Assembly (NCBI RefSeq): GCF_030144855.1
Contig: NC_082724.1
Location: forward strand, 27,528,001-27,592,000
Reading direction: 5' to 3'
Source: Hypanus sabinus
Taxonomy: Eukaryota
DNA length: 64,000 bases
Shown: piece by piece, positions 1 to 13,400 of the stretch
Layout of the letters: each line of letters begins with the position of its first letter
Numbering within the stretch: position 1 is the stretch's first letter
Notes under the pieces: model-generated
Database searches by the model: none
What the model was told of the DNA's origin: nothing
What the model saw: the letters and a program-made list of their open reading frames with translations, nothing else
Made by a program: the position numbers and the translations under genes

Positions 1-36
1 CTCTTGTGTTTTGTCTGTGTGTGTATATATATATAT

Positions 37-478
37 CTAGGGTGCCTAAGACTTTTGCATAGTACTGTAGTAATTTTATATATTGCACTGTACTGCTGCC
101 AGAAAAAGAACTAATTTCATGATGTATGTGATGATGGTAAATCTGATTCTTGTTATGTGTCTCTGTTCTGGACTGAGAATGGAAAGGATACAGGGAGAGG
201 GGTGAGAGTGGGAAGGAGACACGGAGAGGGGAGGGATTAGGAAACACCAGAGGGACATTCTGTAAAGACCAATAAACCAGTCGTTTGGAATCAAGTGACC
301 TTGCCTCGGCACCCACAACCTATCCTTGCCCTGGCACTCCTTCTCTGCCACCTGTCCCACACCCCTCCCATGGTACTTCACCCTCGCCATTCCCAACATC
401 CTTTGCTCTCGCCAGATTTACAAACTCGCTAACAAATACAGTACTGTGCCACAGTCTAAGGCACCCTAGCTCTATATA
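37..478. mobile_element. Composite non-autonomous repeat: two outward-facing Tc1/mariner-type TIRs enclosing a Rex1-type 3' tail and purine/pyrimidine tracts
   Basis: 37-69 and 437-469 are inverted copies (29/33 identical) of TA-CAGTACTGTGCAAAAGTCTTAGGCACCCTAG. 80-150 (ttgcactgtactgctgcc...aatttcatga...ctgattct) resembles the Rex1-type tail at 9105-9172. Confidence 0.65.
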
Positions 479-3225
479 CCATGTGTTTCCATCTGAGAGA
501 GCATGTGAATAGCAAAGAACAAGACATGTTGAAATGCCGAGATACATCTTTGAAGAGAGGATTTGATACATAACACAAATATTCCTTCAACAAATCAGTA
601 GATGAAGCATTGTCCAAATAAACACGGCCTTTGATTGTACAGTGCTCTTGACTGAGCTGAAGTGTCCAGTTCAATTCTTTATCTATCCACGAGTCTGGAG
701 TGGGATTTTCTTACACAGACATGAGAGCAAGTTACCACTCGCATACTATGTAAGTTTTTTTCAAAATATTGAAAACTGCTTTAGTCAATGAATTGGAGGT
801 GGAACTGGGTGTATAGCCTACAGTAAAGCTTATTGTGCAGCAAACAATATTAATGTAGTCAGTAAACAGAATCTACTTAGAGGATAACTGGACATCTCCC
901 TATAAAAAATGGGCAATTTCTTTAGATGCATTTTGTTATATTTGCATCATGTACATGAAATCAGTAATTTACTTTTCAGTGATTGCCAATCTTGTATGAC
1001 TGGGCATTACCAAATTATCTGTAGTCAAGTGGTCAGCAGCAACTTTGAAATATGCAGCCTAAATGCAATCTGTACTATATTGTTATGATCATTTTGGCTT
1101 GTGGCCTGAGACTTCTAGAGAGGGGAGAATTAAATATCTCATTCAAATGCTAAGTTAAACAGCTGATATTCCGGTTCTTACCTTTCTATTTTTGTTAACA
1201 TACAACTGTTTGAAGCTGTTATCCTGCCTTCTCAATGACTTTACAAAAGTACATTTAAACATATTAAGGTATTTTTCTCCTACACAGTGTGGAACTAACA
1301 CTGCAGTTGATATATCATGCAAGCTCGTGGTTTTGTGCATTTCAAGTGGAACTGTGCCATTATAATTCACGTTTTTAAAATCAACCTTAAGACTAAACAG
1401 ACATCTATCCATAATTTTTAATATAATTTTCCACTATTTGCCCATATTATGGATTGTGACCTTGCTTTCATTTTCCCCTTCATTGCAGAACGAAAAATGT
1501 ATTCATATCCTTCAGATAACCACAAGACAAAGTGACTTTATATAATACATTTGTCCAAAGTCATAATATTTATCTGTTTGACCTCATTTGGATAGGCATT
1601 GAGGTGGGAATGAGCTTTTGATCATGCGTTTAAACAATGTAGTGGCAATATCAAACCAAAACAAAACAATTGCCTCTGCCTGGGATCCTGCAGATTTGTT
1701 ATACTTGCATGACGCATTCCCAGCTCTAGTGATTGCTCCAGAAGTTGAATCCTTTATTTGATCCTTTTTTAGCAACTGGCAAACACACAATCTTGAAGCG
1801 ATGAAACTTAAGTGCACCCAAGTGTAAGCCAATAATCATTATTCAGCGGTCAGTAAAAGATTTGACCTCTGCCAGTCCCAAGCTACAAACTGCCACAAAA
1901 TCAGCAAGATCACATAACTTATTCCCGTTGTTTTTACCACGTCCCCAATCGTATTATTAATACACAACACAGAATGCAAAGCAAATAGAGAATGGATATA
2001 TGGCTCCTGCTGACTATTAAGTAATAAAGTACAATAATATTTAAATAAAACAGAATGCACAAGGCATTTCAATAATTTTTATTCTATGATTCCATTTTGT
2101 AGGTTGACTACAATTGTATGACACAGCACTGAAGATATTGACTGCTGGCAGGAGAAGCTATCTCTGCAGCAATACCTTCATTGCACACTGCTTGTGATGT
2201 CTAGTTAAATAATTAGAAGCTATACTACTTTCAATTTATGGGGATGAAATTGAACTTCAGAAAAGTGTAACAGAAAATTGGCAGCATGGTTTACACCTGA
2301 TTCAATTTTCTTTGCTGCTGGTTTCATTGGAGAGGAAAATCTATCAAGATGTAAAATGGCATACTGATTCACTGTTGTCTGTTCAGCACTACTGTCAGAA
2401 TTCTATTTCACCCTTACCTGATTGTGTATTTTGATCCACTATTTAAGGTAAATGCTAAATGAAAAACTAATTACTTTTCTGTTTTGAATTTGTACTGCAC
2501 TGGAGTTCATTTATAACTCACAACCTTGATGTCCCATTATCACCTTGGCACAATTCTGCTTTCTGTTATGTATATCCAACCAATCACTCTTCAGACATAA
2601 GTAATGAATGTGTAATTGAGTATTACAGCACTTGAAGAATAAATTTATGTACGTAATCAGCTTCTAATGGATTTTAATTATGTATCTGCTTTAAAAAGGA
2701 AGGCATGATACTGATCATTGAATCCAAATTTAGGTTTCTCCATTTAAGAAGTTGTAGTAACCAAGAACCTTTTGGAGACCCAAGTGCTGGAACGTAACTC
2801 AGAATCATGTAGCCCAAAAGTCCCTACTAGAAAACTGCCTGATCCTCATGGAACTTCCATGCCAGCCAACACCACTGTCATTCCTTATGATCTGAGTCTC
2901 AACTGCTCATTAGTACATTAGAGCAAAAGATGTGATTGGAAATATGCCCAAAGCTTGGATTCAGTAGCTTCATTTGTTTCAAAGAGGAGAAATGGCAGTG
3001 AATGCTATAGCTCTGTTATATATGTGGACATTCTTGTTTTATGGTTTTACGCTGTGCAGTCATTAAGCCATGGAGAGGAAAGTACTCTATTTATTATTAT
3101 TTATGGAAGATTTACTGTCACAAAGTAACTGAATCATTGGATGGTTCAGAAGACAAATTAATTTTGAATTTGTAATGGAAGATCAGTTTTAATCAAATTC
3201 TTACCAAAATGAACATGAAAAGGGA

Positions 3226-3345
3226 AGACACAAGACACTGCAGATGCTGGAAATTTGAAGCAACATGCAAAAAGCTGGAAAAACTCAGTGGGACAAGCAG
3301 ATTCTATGGAGAGAAATGGACAGTAAATGTTTTGGGTCAAGACTA
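3226..3345 (-). repeat. Penelope-like element terminal repeat fragment
   Basis: ctgcagatgctggaaat..gcaaca..aaaagctggaaaaactcag..gttttgggtcaagac; same motif as the ends of the Penelope copies at 29593-30221 and 46855. Confidence 0.65.
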
Positions 3346-4224
3346 GGGTATGGGTTTGATGCTCTGGGCCTTCTGGTGTTGAATTTTAGCTTGGTGAATC
3401 CCACCAGTCTTGTTTATAATTACATTTTCACAAGCAAGACACCAAAGCTACTTTCCACTGTCTATCTTAAATGAAGGAATTCGACCAAATCCGTTGCCCT
3501 CGAAGGTAGATGTTCTAAACTCTTAATGAAAAAAAATGCTTTCGATTTTGTGAAAGGAAATAACAATGGACTAACGTGACTAACACAAATAATTCCTGAT
3601 GAGATTAAAAAGAGGTTGGTGCCTGTTCAGCTCTGTAATTCATGTGATACTCATGTTGTGTGGGATGTAACCTGCAGTCAATTAGCAAAAATTTATTTTT
3701 CTGTGTATTTCCTTCAGATGTTTAATCATAAGTAGTTCTTTGAACCCAACTGGAAAACTGTGTTTTAAATGTTGTTACTGAACATAAAGTTCTACATTTA
3801 GTAACTGTTTGTAGAACCCAAACACATTAGTTGGAGAGGAGTTACTGAAGGAATAAATACTTTTACATTTGCTTTGTGCAGTGCCTATCTATTATACATA
3901 CGAAGGTTTCTGCAAGGTGTTGTGGAATTCTCATAATTTCTTTATATTCCATAATTTGAACTACCTGTGAATGCCAAAACATATTTCATAATAATTTTGA
4001 AAATGATATTCTGAAATTTGCTGATATTTTACAAATAAACTTATTTTCCCATTAGGAATGCTGAAATAACATTGAAGAAAAGGTTAAAGATTAATTTTAT
4101 TTGTCTCATGCACGTTGAAACATTGTAACATGCATTGAAATACATTGTTTGCATCAACAACTAACACAGTGGCAGATGAGCTGGGAGTAGCCAGTAAGTG
4201 GATCCAACATGCCCACAACTTTCT

Positions 4225-4378
4225 AGTCAAACCCTTACGTCTTTGGAATATGGGAGGAAACCCACACATCCACTGACAAAATGTACAACCACTTTATAGA
4301 TAGCAGCAGGAATTGAACCCTGATCATGCAGCTACTGATGTGAACTGTTACACTAAACACTGCACAACCATGCCACCC
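4225..4378 (-). mobile_element. tRNA-derived SINE (V-SINE/HE1-like), degenerate
   Basis: Reverse-complement of the V-domain (tctttggaatatgggaggaaacc) and B-box (ggaattgaaccc); antisense match to the SINE at 26236. Confidence 0.7.
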
Positions 4379-5558
4379 CACTTTTCCCAATGAACATGCA
4401 GTTGTTTCCAGTGCAGCCAGGATATGGTGTTGAATAAAGTGTTTGAAATCAGCTTAACAGAATCAGGCCTTGGTTGCATTCAGCAGAACAAACAGTTGAA
4501 ATTATTCCAAAATATATAAGAAATTTCATTTCGATTATCTTAGCTTTGTTTGCACGATTATAGCATCAGTGTAGTTTGATTTTTAGCATAGATATTTATG
4601 ACAGATACACGATTAGAATTAAGTTTTGAATTCTGATTTTATTTTAGTTGTATGCTTTCTGTTCTAAAAGCTCTAACTAGTTCTTTTATTGTTCCCATGG
4701 AAACATCAGAATCTTGTCAAAAGCAGTAACACTTGTGAAGTGTGTACTTGAAAGTAAATGAAGTGTCTTACAAGAAGATACAAGTAGCTGTATGGTCTGG
4801 ATATTCCGGACCACTTCCTTACTTGCTTTGAGTACCTTTAAGTTTGCTCTGCTCTTATTTAAAATGCACTCTTATAAATTGCCTGGCAAATCCTTCCAAA
4901 ATTAGCTCCTTATTTATTTAATCTGTGGTTACTTCGGTTTCTCCTGTGTAAAATGAATAAATATGTTAACTTCACAGATTAATTCCAAACATAGTGACCT
5001 TTACCCCTTTGCTTTGGATTCCCATAAATAGTGCTTGTGGGGACCAGATTATTTCACCTGCATTCAGGGAAATTTGTTTCAACATTTTTGGTTAATGTTT
5101 TTTTTACATAAAGTATTAATTGTCGAATTAATGATATCTCCAGGCAAGCGCAATGCGGCGCTTGTTTTTCTGTTTTCTGAGTATACACTTTGTTTATGTG
5201 AATCCAATTCATTCTTCTGTTTCTCATTATTATATTAGCTTACTTCTGCAGTTTATGCATCATAACCACATTATGAGCTCAGAATGTAACGTCGGAGAAG
5301 AAAGTTGATTCTGTTTTCTTTGAAAAAGTATCATTTTCGGTACTCATTTTGTACATGAGCTTTATTTACTGTATTTTTAACTTTCAAAGACTGCCTTTTG
5401 GCAAAATATAAATCAAAACTTTATGTGTTCATAATTAAAGTTTTGATTTTACTAATTATGTCATAGTATAAATAGAGCTGGATATTTTAACTTAAATGGA
5501 TTAGAAGTGAATCTTTATTTCTTACCTGCTGATGCTGTATACATTGCTTTCTCTCCAG

Positions 5559-5738
5559 GAAACTATGGACCAAAATATTGGGCCACGTCTTACGTCGGTT
5601 GCTCTGGTGTCAGTCAATCCCCAATTGATATTGTAGATCATAAGACCCATGAAAAAGATGACCTGCAGCAAATCCACCTCGAGGGTTTCGAAACAGAGTC
5701 CTCCAATAGGACGCGAATGAAGAACACTGGAAAGACAA
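5559..5738 (+). CDS. PTPRG: PTPRG coding exon (equivalent to human exon 3), N-terminal part of the carbonic anhydrase-like domain
   Basis: Acceptor ttgctttctctccAG at 5557-5558 and donor GTAAGT at 5739; 180 nt, phase 1-1. Translation (G)NYGPKYWATSYVGCSGVSQSPIDIVDHKTHEKDDLQQIHLEGFETESSNRTRMKNTGKT closely matches recalled PTPRG (GAYGPEHW..C...QSPIDI...[20 protein letters not shown]) and matches PTPRZ1 much less well. Confidence 0.95.
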
Positions 5739-7979
5739 GTAAGTTTGCCGCATGGGGAGTCTATTGTTTTCTCCGGCTATTTGGAACAGCAATAAATGTT
5801 TATAAATGTTTAATAATATTGCTGGTTTCAAGCAAGGAAAACTGGCAGTAGAAAATTAAAATATGACAGAAGCATTACAAACTAATTGTGAGAATGATTT
5901 TCTCTTGAAGAGTTACAACTTTGCAGGTACTACACGTTGATTGTTTTTAATACAGTGCAAATAATTATGCATTTTCATGACTGAACCATTTTTAAAAAGT
6001 GCTCTGCTGTTGTGTATTTGACGTTAGTAATATTTGAGTAATATTATAAATATATTGTTTGATTAACCATTCTTTGTTGTTTACATAATTAAATCTGGGT
6101 TATATGGAAAAGTACATGAATGGCATACATCATTAAACCAACACATCATAAGGGCACAGGTCGTAAAAGTAAAACGAAGTGAAGCCATGCGTATCCTGGC
6201 TCCGTCTGTTTTTTTTTCCCAAATAATTTTATATTTTGAAGTTGCAAACTAATTCTAATGTCGGCTGCTGTAGAACCAACCAACTTAAATTTCAAGGCAG
6301 TTTCAGCAAGATTAAAAAATATTTAAACAACTATATTTTAAAATAATTTCTGTACACCACCCATTGCAGCAGTGTAGACATTGATTTGGTATTTTGCTAG
6401 CAAGCATGCCTTTCCTGGGTAAATTTTAAAAAGAGCCTTGCAGATTATGGTGGCAATTTTGATTAGCTGCTGCTGCTAATGTGACAAGCATGTGCACGTA
6501 AAATTGGGGCTTTCTTCCAATATTTCTAGCTCATATTCAGAGCAAAATGATCATTCCCATGAGCAAATCTTTTCTCATAACAATTGAAATTTTAACCTAT
6601 ACTCGTTAATTCATTAGCATAGCATGCTTCAGGATTATCGATTGTTGTTGTCCTGCATGGGAAATTCTCATTTCTACAAGGAATTATCTCACTGTTAGAC
6701 TGAATAATTCAGGTTGAAACTTGGAGTTCAGTTTTATGTACCAAATGGACAGCAATACTTAATGTTCCATAATACAAACATAATTCATTACTTTAAATAA
6801 TATTTTTCAGAAAATAAGCCTATCATTAATCTGTTTCTCTTAAAATAATTGTAAAATTCAAAACATTGGTGGCAACAGCTAAGCAGGGTATACTAACAGG
6901 AGAGGGCACACCATTAGGAAAGCCAGCAAGTGCTTGGATGAAAGATAATTGAGCTTTTTACTGAACTTATGTTTAATTGATGATTCAGTGCAATATTTAG
7001 GGCTGAATCTGAACTTTACCTTTTGTAATGCTTGATTAATTAGTTTTCCTCATCCTAAATCTCTGGGTGTCATCCAGAACTCACTGGGATATCACAGGCA
7101 AGCATTATACTGCAACATTGGCCCCCACATTATCTCTTGCAGAATACTTCTCTGCTGTTGAGCTAGCACGTCATGCAAAGGTCAGAAATGTGCAACAATG
7201 CAAATAGTGATTGGAAATTTGAACTCTACTCCAGTTGAGTGGCTGTTGTTGATGGCCTGCATTGTTCCACCTGCCATTTGTCCAATGTCCTTTGTGAGTT
7301 GGAACGATGATGGAAAACACCAGATGAACTCTCAAAGACTTATTAAAAAAAAGTTACGAAACTGTTCAAGATTAGGACAGCCATTCTGTGAAAACATGGC
7401 TAACAAATATGCCACAGATACAGATTGATTATCCAAGTGTAAAGAACAATGTGATGTATATAAAGAAGGAATAAGTACAGCATCCTTCCCTCAAAGATGC
7501 TTCACAGCTCTTAGCAAAATTTATATAACCATGAACAATATGGGCTTCTGCTGTGAAAATCGAAGGTGCTCAGTGAATCTATATGCATTTGGAGCTATGA
7601 GTCCCAAACCGTGGAATGCATTACTTCAATTCTTCCCTTTGGAAGAGGCACTTTATTTTGTTTATCTGAAAATTTAGGAGACGTTACTTGGATTAACAGA
7701 ATAAACATTTAAGTGAAAAGTTACTCACATCATACAAAAGAAATAAAGAAATTGTGTTCATTCAGTGCTATGAAGACAGCTACTGTTGCTAACTTTATCT
7801 TTTTATTTCAACAAATATTGTATGTAAAGAGTGCTTCCATACTTGGACTAATCAACCTTACGAATGCCTTTTCAGACTAGAGACAATACCATGCTCATTC
7901 ACAAGGGCACAGTTCATAAAACAATTGATTAAAAATGGGGAGAGAGCAGTTACTCTACCTATGTAGTGGTTACATCTAG

Positions 7980-9175
7980 TTGCTGCAATTTTCCTACCAC
8001 AACAGATCGACAGCCGATGCAGTCTCACTGGCTCTTCACTTTGCCTTGGACCATCTGATCATCAGCGGTTCCTACATCAGGCTTCTGTTTATTGATCACA
8101 GTTCAGTATTCAACACCATCATCCCCTGAAGTACAATTTCAAAACCGGGGCCTCTCTACCTTTCTCTGCAGCTGGATCCTTGACTTCCTCATTCAGAGTC
8201 CAAGTCAGTGCAGATCAGAAATAACATCTCCTCTTCACCGACAATCAGCATAAGCACCCCTCAAGAATGCATGTTTTAACCATTGCTCTACTCTCTACTC
8301 TTATGGCTGTCTGTCTAGGCACAGCTCAGATGCCATTCGTAAATGTGCTGATTAACCTGGTGTTGGGACAATTTTACATGTTGACAAGGAGGCATTCAGG
8401 AATGAGATAGGTCAGCTGGTTTGAGCAGTATCAGACAGCAACCTTGCACTCAACAGCCTTGAACTCAAAGACCAGAGAACTGATTGTGGATTTCTGGAAG
8501 GGTAAGTTAGGACAACACCAGTCCATGTCAAGGGTCAGCAGTGGTGGAAAGGACGAGCACCTTCAAATTCCTGAGTGTCAACATTTCAGGAGATCTACCC
8601 TGGGCATAATATATAGATGAAATTATGAAGAAGGCACAACAGCAGCTTGAATTTGAGGAGATTTGTTATATCAGCAAAGACTTGCAAATCTCTACAGATA
8701 TATTGTGGACAATATTCTGACTGGTATGGAGGCTTCAGTGCATGGATTTGAAAAAAAATTGCAGTGGGTTGTAAGTTCAGCCAACTTTATCATGGGCACT
8801 ACCCTCCCCACTATGAAGGATATCTTCAAAAAGCAGTACCTTAAGAAGCCAGCGTCCATCAGTATGGGCATCCCTATGCAGGATGTGCTTTCTTCTCATT
8901 ACTACCATTAGGGAAGAGGTACATGAGCCAGAAGATGCAGACTCAACATATAAGGAACAGCTTCTTGCCCTTCATCATCAGATTTCTAAATGGTCAGTGA
9001 ACCCATGAACACATCCTCACTAACTTGATTTCTGATCATACCATTTATTTATTTGTTTGTTTGTTATATTTCATATTGTCATCTCAAGTAATCTTTTTTT
9101 CAGCATTTGCACTGTATTGCTCCCACAAAACAACAATTTTCACTACATCTGTCAGTGGTAATTCTGATTCTGATG
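7980..9175 (+). mobile_element. Rex1/Babar-type LINE, 5'-truncated, degenerate RT to 3' tail
   Basis: Decayed RT motifs ([12 protein letters not shown]; KTRELIVDF; FKFLSVNISGDL), ORF 8663-8911 remnant, tail ctgattctgat. Confidence 0.8.
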
Positions 9176-10189
9176 TTGCTGCCTGCACTAAAGGGGAATT
9201 CAAAAATGTCCATTGGTCCCTGGATAGCTAATCTGTATGATGTAATTCAAATGATAATTTGATATAAGGATGTTGTCTGTTCTTTGAAAAGTGCCTTTAG
9301 AAGACTCGAGTCCTGAGAATAAAGATAAATTACAGAGAGAGAATTGGCCCAATCAGATCAAGAAGTGATAGATAGCTACTGCAGAAATGGTGCTTCAGTT
9401 TCTGCAGATGTTTGTGTGGTAATCATTTCACTTGTTATGCGTCACAGTAGATAGTAATTGTTGCTTCACATAAAATGTATAAAACGTTAATTTGTTTCCT
9501 CAACGCTGGGGCCCTTTGAGAAAATTTTAAAGTATTACAGTGATGAAAATTTCCACAATTTGCATTTTGTTCCCCAGTGGCATCATGAAATACTATAGAT
9601 CAGGAAATAATTGGATGGGAAGCTTCTGAAATTCCTTGTTTGTTTTTACCTTACTTTTGTTTCATGTCTTGCCATTTTTCAGAGATGTGGTAAGCAGTTC
9701 CATTCAGAATAAAATGTTTGAATATGTAATACCTTAATGTCAATAAGCCTGAAATATTTGGAGTTGCTTTTCTCCAACTACATCTGGTGCAAATATGTTG
9801 CAGGATGGAAACACTAACCTTTGAAATCGACTGTTTCAATGGAAAGCAAAAGAATGAAGGACCAGTACAGTAATTGACACAGAATGAAAGCATGAATTTG
9901 TATTGGAAAATGCGTCAGACAATATCAGTACTGAAATAGTCTTTGAAATACCAAAACTTGATCAGACTTATAATATATCTATGCTTTCCTTAAAGAAAAT
10001 ATGTGGATGCATTTGCAATAACAACCCATTTACTTTGTTATTTTCTTGTCCTTGTCAATCCTTGTCAAAGTGAACAAGACTAGACAAGTGATCGATGAAT
10101 CACGTGTTAAGGAGGGATTGTGCTACTTTGCCCTTGCTGAAGCAGGATTGACCACAAAACTGACACAAGCATATTGATAGATTTGACAT

Positions 10190-12215
10190 GGAATAGTTGA
10201 CTAATGGGAGGCTTTTAAAAGGGTCATATCAAGGCTCTAGGGGCAACGTATTCCACTTAGGATGAAGGGTACATGTCTCTTATAGGAACCCTGGCTGACA
10301 GGAGATATTGCTGGTCTGGTCAGGAAAAAGAAGGAAGTGTACGTTGCTTTTAAGCAGCTAGGTACAAATGAATCCCTTGACAAATAAAAATGAATTAAGA
10401 GCAGACTTAAGTGGAAAATCAGGAGGGCAGAATGATGGGTATGAAATGTGTTTGTCAGGCTGGGTTAAAGATAATTCCAAGAGGTTCTTCAATTACTTTA
10501 ACAGTAAAAAAAGCACTAGGGAAGAGTAAGTCCACTTAAAGACCTTCAGCACCGTGTATGTGTGGAACCATAGAAGTTTTTTTTTAATGTATATTTCTCC
10601 TTGGAAACTGAGGAACTAATGAAATAATTGGTTGTGAGATCTTGGAACATATGTACATCAACTGGAAGAAGCATTTTCGGCCTTGAAACACATTAAGGTG
10701 AGCAAATCCCAAGAACTAAGAGCACCGCCTCCCCTTGCACCAGACCTTATGAGAGGCCAGGGAAGAAATTGCAGAAGCCCTAATGGAAATATTTGCTCTG
10801 TTGATGGCCAATGGTGAAGTTCCAGAAGTGGAGGGTGGGTAACTTAGTTCCATTGTTCAAGAAATGTAGCAAAGGCAGATCAGTGAGCTTGACTTCAGTT
10901 GTAGGGAGAGTTATTGGAGGTAATTCTGAGGGTCAAGATTTACCATCACTTGGATACTCAAGGTCTGATCAGGAATAGTCAGCATAGTTTTGCGTGTGAG
11001 AGATCATGTCAGACAATTATTTGTGATTTTTTCAAAGAGGGGATAGAGGAATGCAGAGCCATAGATGTTATCTACATGGACTTCAGTAAGGCATTTGACG
11101 AGCTCCCACATGGCAGACTGATCTGGAAGGTAAGGTTCCATGGGATTCAGGGGATGGTAGTGAGGTGGATTCAAAATTAACTCAATGAAAGAGAGCAGAG
11201 GGTGATGGCTGAAGGTCGATCTTCTGACTGAAAGACTGTACCTAGTGGGGAGCCCCTGGTCAGTATTGGGACCTCTTTTATTTATTGTTTATGTAAATTA
11301 TATAGATATGAATGTACAGAGCATGATCATCGAGTTTGCTGTTGATACTAAATTAAGGAGGTCTTGTTTGTACTGAAGCAGGTTGCAATGAATTGCAGTG
11401 GGATCTCGCTCAATTAGGGAGATGGATTTCAAATGTATTTCAACTAAGCTAAGTGTGAAAAGATGCATTTTGGACATTCAAACCAGGGTAGGACCTATAC
11501 CATGAATGGCAGGGTTTGATGTGCTTTGTGGAACAGAGGAACAGTGCACAGTTTACTGAAAGCAGCTGTAGAAGTATTCAGGTTAATGAAGAAGGCAATT
11601 GGCATGCTGGCCATCATCAGTCAGCGTATCAAGTTTAGTAATAAGTACATAATATTGCAGTTAGAGAAGTAATTAGTGAGACTACTCGGAGGATTGTGTG
11701 CATTGTCGGTCATTCTGCTATAGGAAAGACATTGTCAAGCTGGATAGTGCGTCAGAGACATTTCCAATGATGTTGCTTGAACTAGAGGGCCTGAGTTACA
11801 GGGCGAGGTTGGCCATGAGGGATCTTTATTCCTCAGAGTGCAGGAAAATGAGAGGTGAACTCGTAAGTTTATAAAATCATGAGAGGTATTGATTAGATGA
11901 ATGGTCATAGTCCTTTACCCAGAGTTAAGGAGTTGAAAGCTAGAGGGCACAGATAAAATATTAGAGGGGAGGGACTTACAAGAGACTTTTTCTTCTTTAG
12001 AAAAAGGGCAGTGAGTACCTGGAATGAGCTGCCAGGGGAAGGGGGTTGAGGCAAGTATATATGCAATGTTTAAAAGGCATTTTGATTAATATATGGTGGG
12101 GAACAGCTTGGAAGTTTATGCTCCAAACACAGCCAACTGGGACTAAAAGTGTTCTGCATGGATCAGTTGGCCTGAAGGGTCTACTCCCATGCTGTATTCC
12201 TGTATGAATCTAAAT
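10190..12215 (+). mobile_element. CR1 LINE, degenerate
   Basis: ORF 10914-11180 DVIYMDFSKAFDELPHGRLIWKV..HGIQG is the CR1 RT motif; CR1 3' end near 12150-12213. Confidence 0.9.
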
Positions 12216-12679
12216 GTGTTACCTGTCACTAAGTGTTGATATAGTGGATCAGAGGAAGAGGTAACTGCGGCTGGCAATTCTCAGGAGATTGAGATTGTAT
12301 TATCAGCTCTGCTATGTGAGATGTTTTCCCAAATTCCTTTGTCTCTGTTCTTCTCTCAGTACACTGCCACTCCTCTCCATGTGCACAAGCACACACAAAC
12401 ACATGTATAAACACTTCCAGGATAGCGCTGGTGATACAATGTGACGTTTTGCCGGCAGCTCACAAAACTACTAGATATTCTACTAGACATACTTCCTCTG
12501 AACTACAATCGTTGGAATCCACAACCTGTAATTTCCCTTTAAGAAATATATTTTTGAACCATCTAAGCAAACTAGCAATTTTATGATCTGAAGGATTCTG
12601 AAAACTTGACTCTCAATATTGTAGGTGCAACACCTTTAAGTGGATGAAGGTCAGCCATCATGGGAGGGGAGAGTGCTGA

Positions 12680-12907
12680 TTAAAGCGCTGGTAGAACTCA
12701 GCAGGCCAGGCAGCGTCTATGTAAAAGATTACAGTCGAGGCCAAATCTTTATGTTTGAAGCAGAGATTGACAGATTCTTGATTGGTCGAGGCAGGGAGAA
12801 GACAGGACAGTGGGGCTGAGTGGAAAATTGGATTAGCTGTGATGAAATGGCAGAACAAACTTGATGGGCCAAATGGCCTAATTCTGCACCTATATCTTAT
12901 GGTCTTT
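12680..12907 (+). mobile_element. Short Penelope terminal fragment joined to a CR1 3' end
   Basis: 12684-12736 gctggtagaactcagcaggccaggcagcgtctatg (Penelope-type); 12737-12907 gaggccaaatc...ctatatcttatggtctt (CR1 tail as at 29100-29285). Confidence 0.7.
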
Positions 12908-12909
12908 TA

Positions 12910-13400
12910 TTTTACGGTCTAAGAATTCTCTCCAATAACTTACCTGCCATTGAAGTGAGACTCACTGGTTTATAGTTTCCAGGATAGCTCTGGTTCCCTT
13001 CTTGAACAATGGAACAACAATAACTACTCGTCCATCTTCCAGGACCTTGCATGTCCTGGAAGAGGCTGGAGAGGACACAAAAATATTTGTCAACGCCCTG
13101 CAATCCCCACTGTAGCCTCTCTCAATAACCTAGGGTGTATCCCATCAGTCCCTGGGGACTTATCCAACTTAATGCTCTTTAAGAGACCCAATACTACTTA
13201 CTCTTTGACTTCAAAATGCCTCAGCCTATTAATACACTCAACACTGGTCTTAGTATCCCTATGTCCTTGTCCTCAGTAAATATTGATGTAAATATTCATG
13301 AAGGACTTCACCCCATTCGTCGCGTTCAAGCAAATGTTCACCTCTTTATCCTTGGGTGTCCCACCCTCTCCCTAGTTATCCTCTTGCGCCTAATGTATGT
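12910..13400 (-). mobile_element. CR1 LINE internal fragment
   Basis: Minus ORF 12912-13103 PGNYKPVSLTSMAGKLLERILR. Confidence 0.85.

Noticed and set aside
5507-5851. 114 aa ORF as a standalone gene
   Set aside because: Only 5559-5738 is homologous to PTPRG and it is bounded by canonical splice sites; the flanks are intron read-through.
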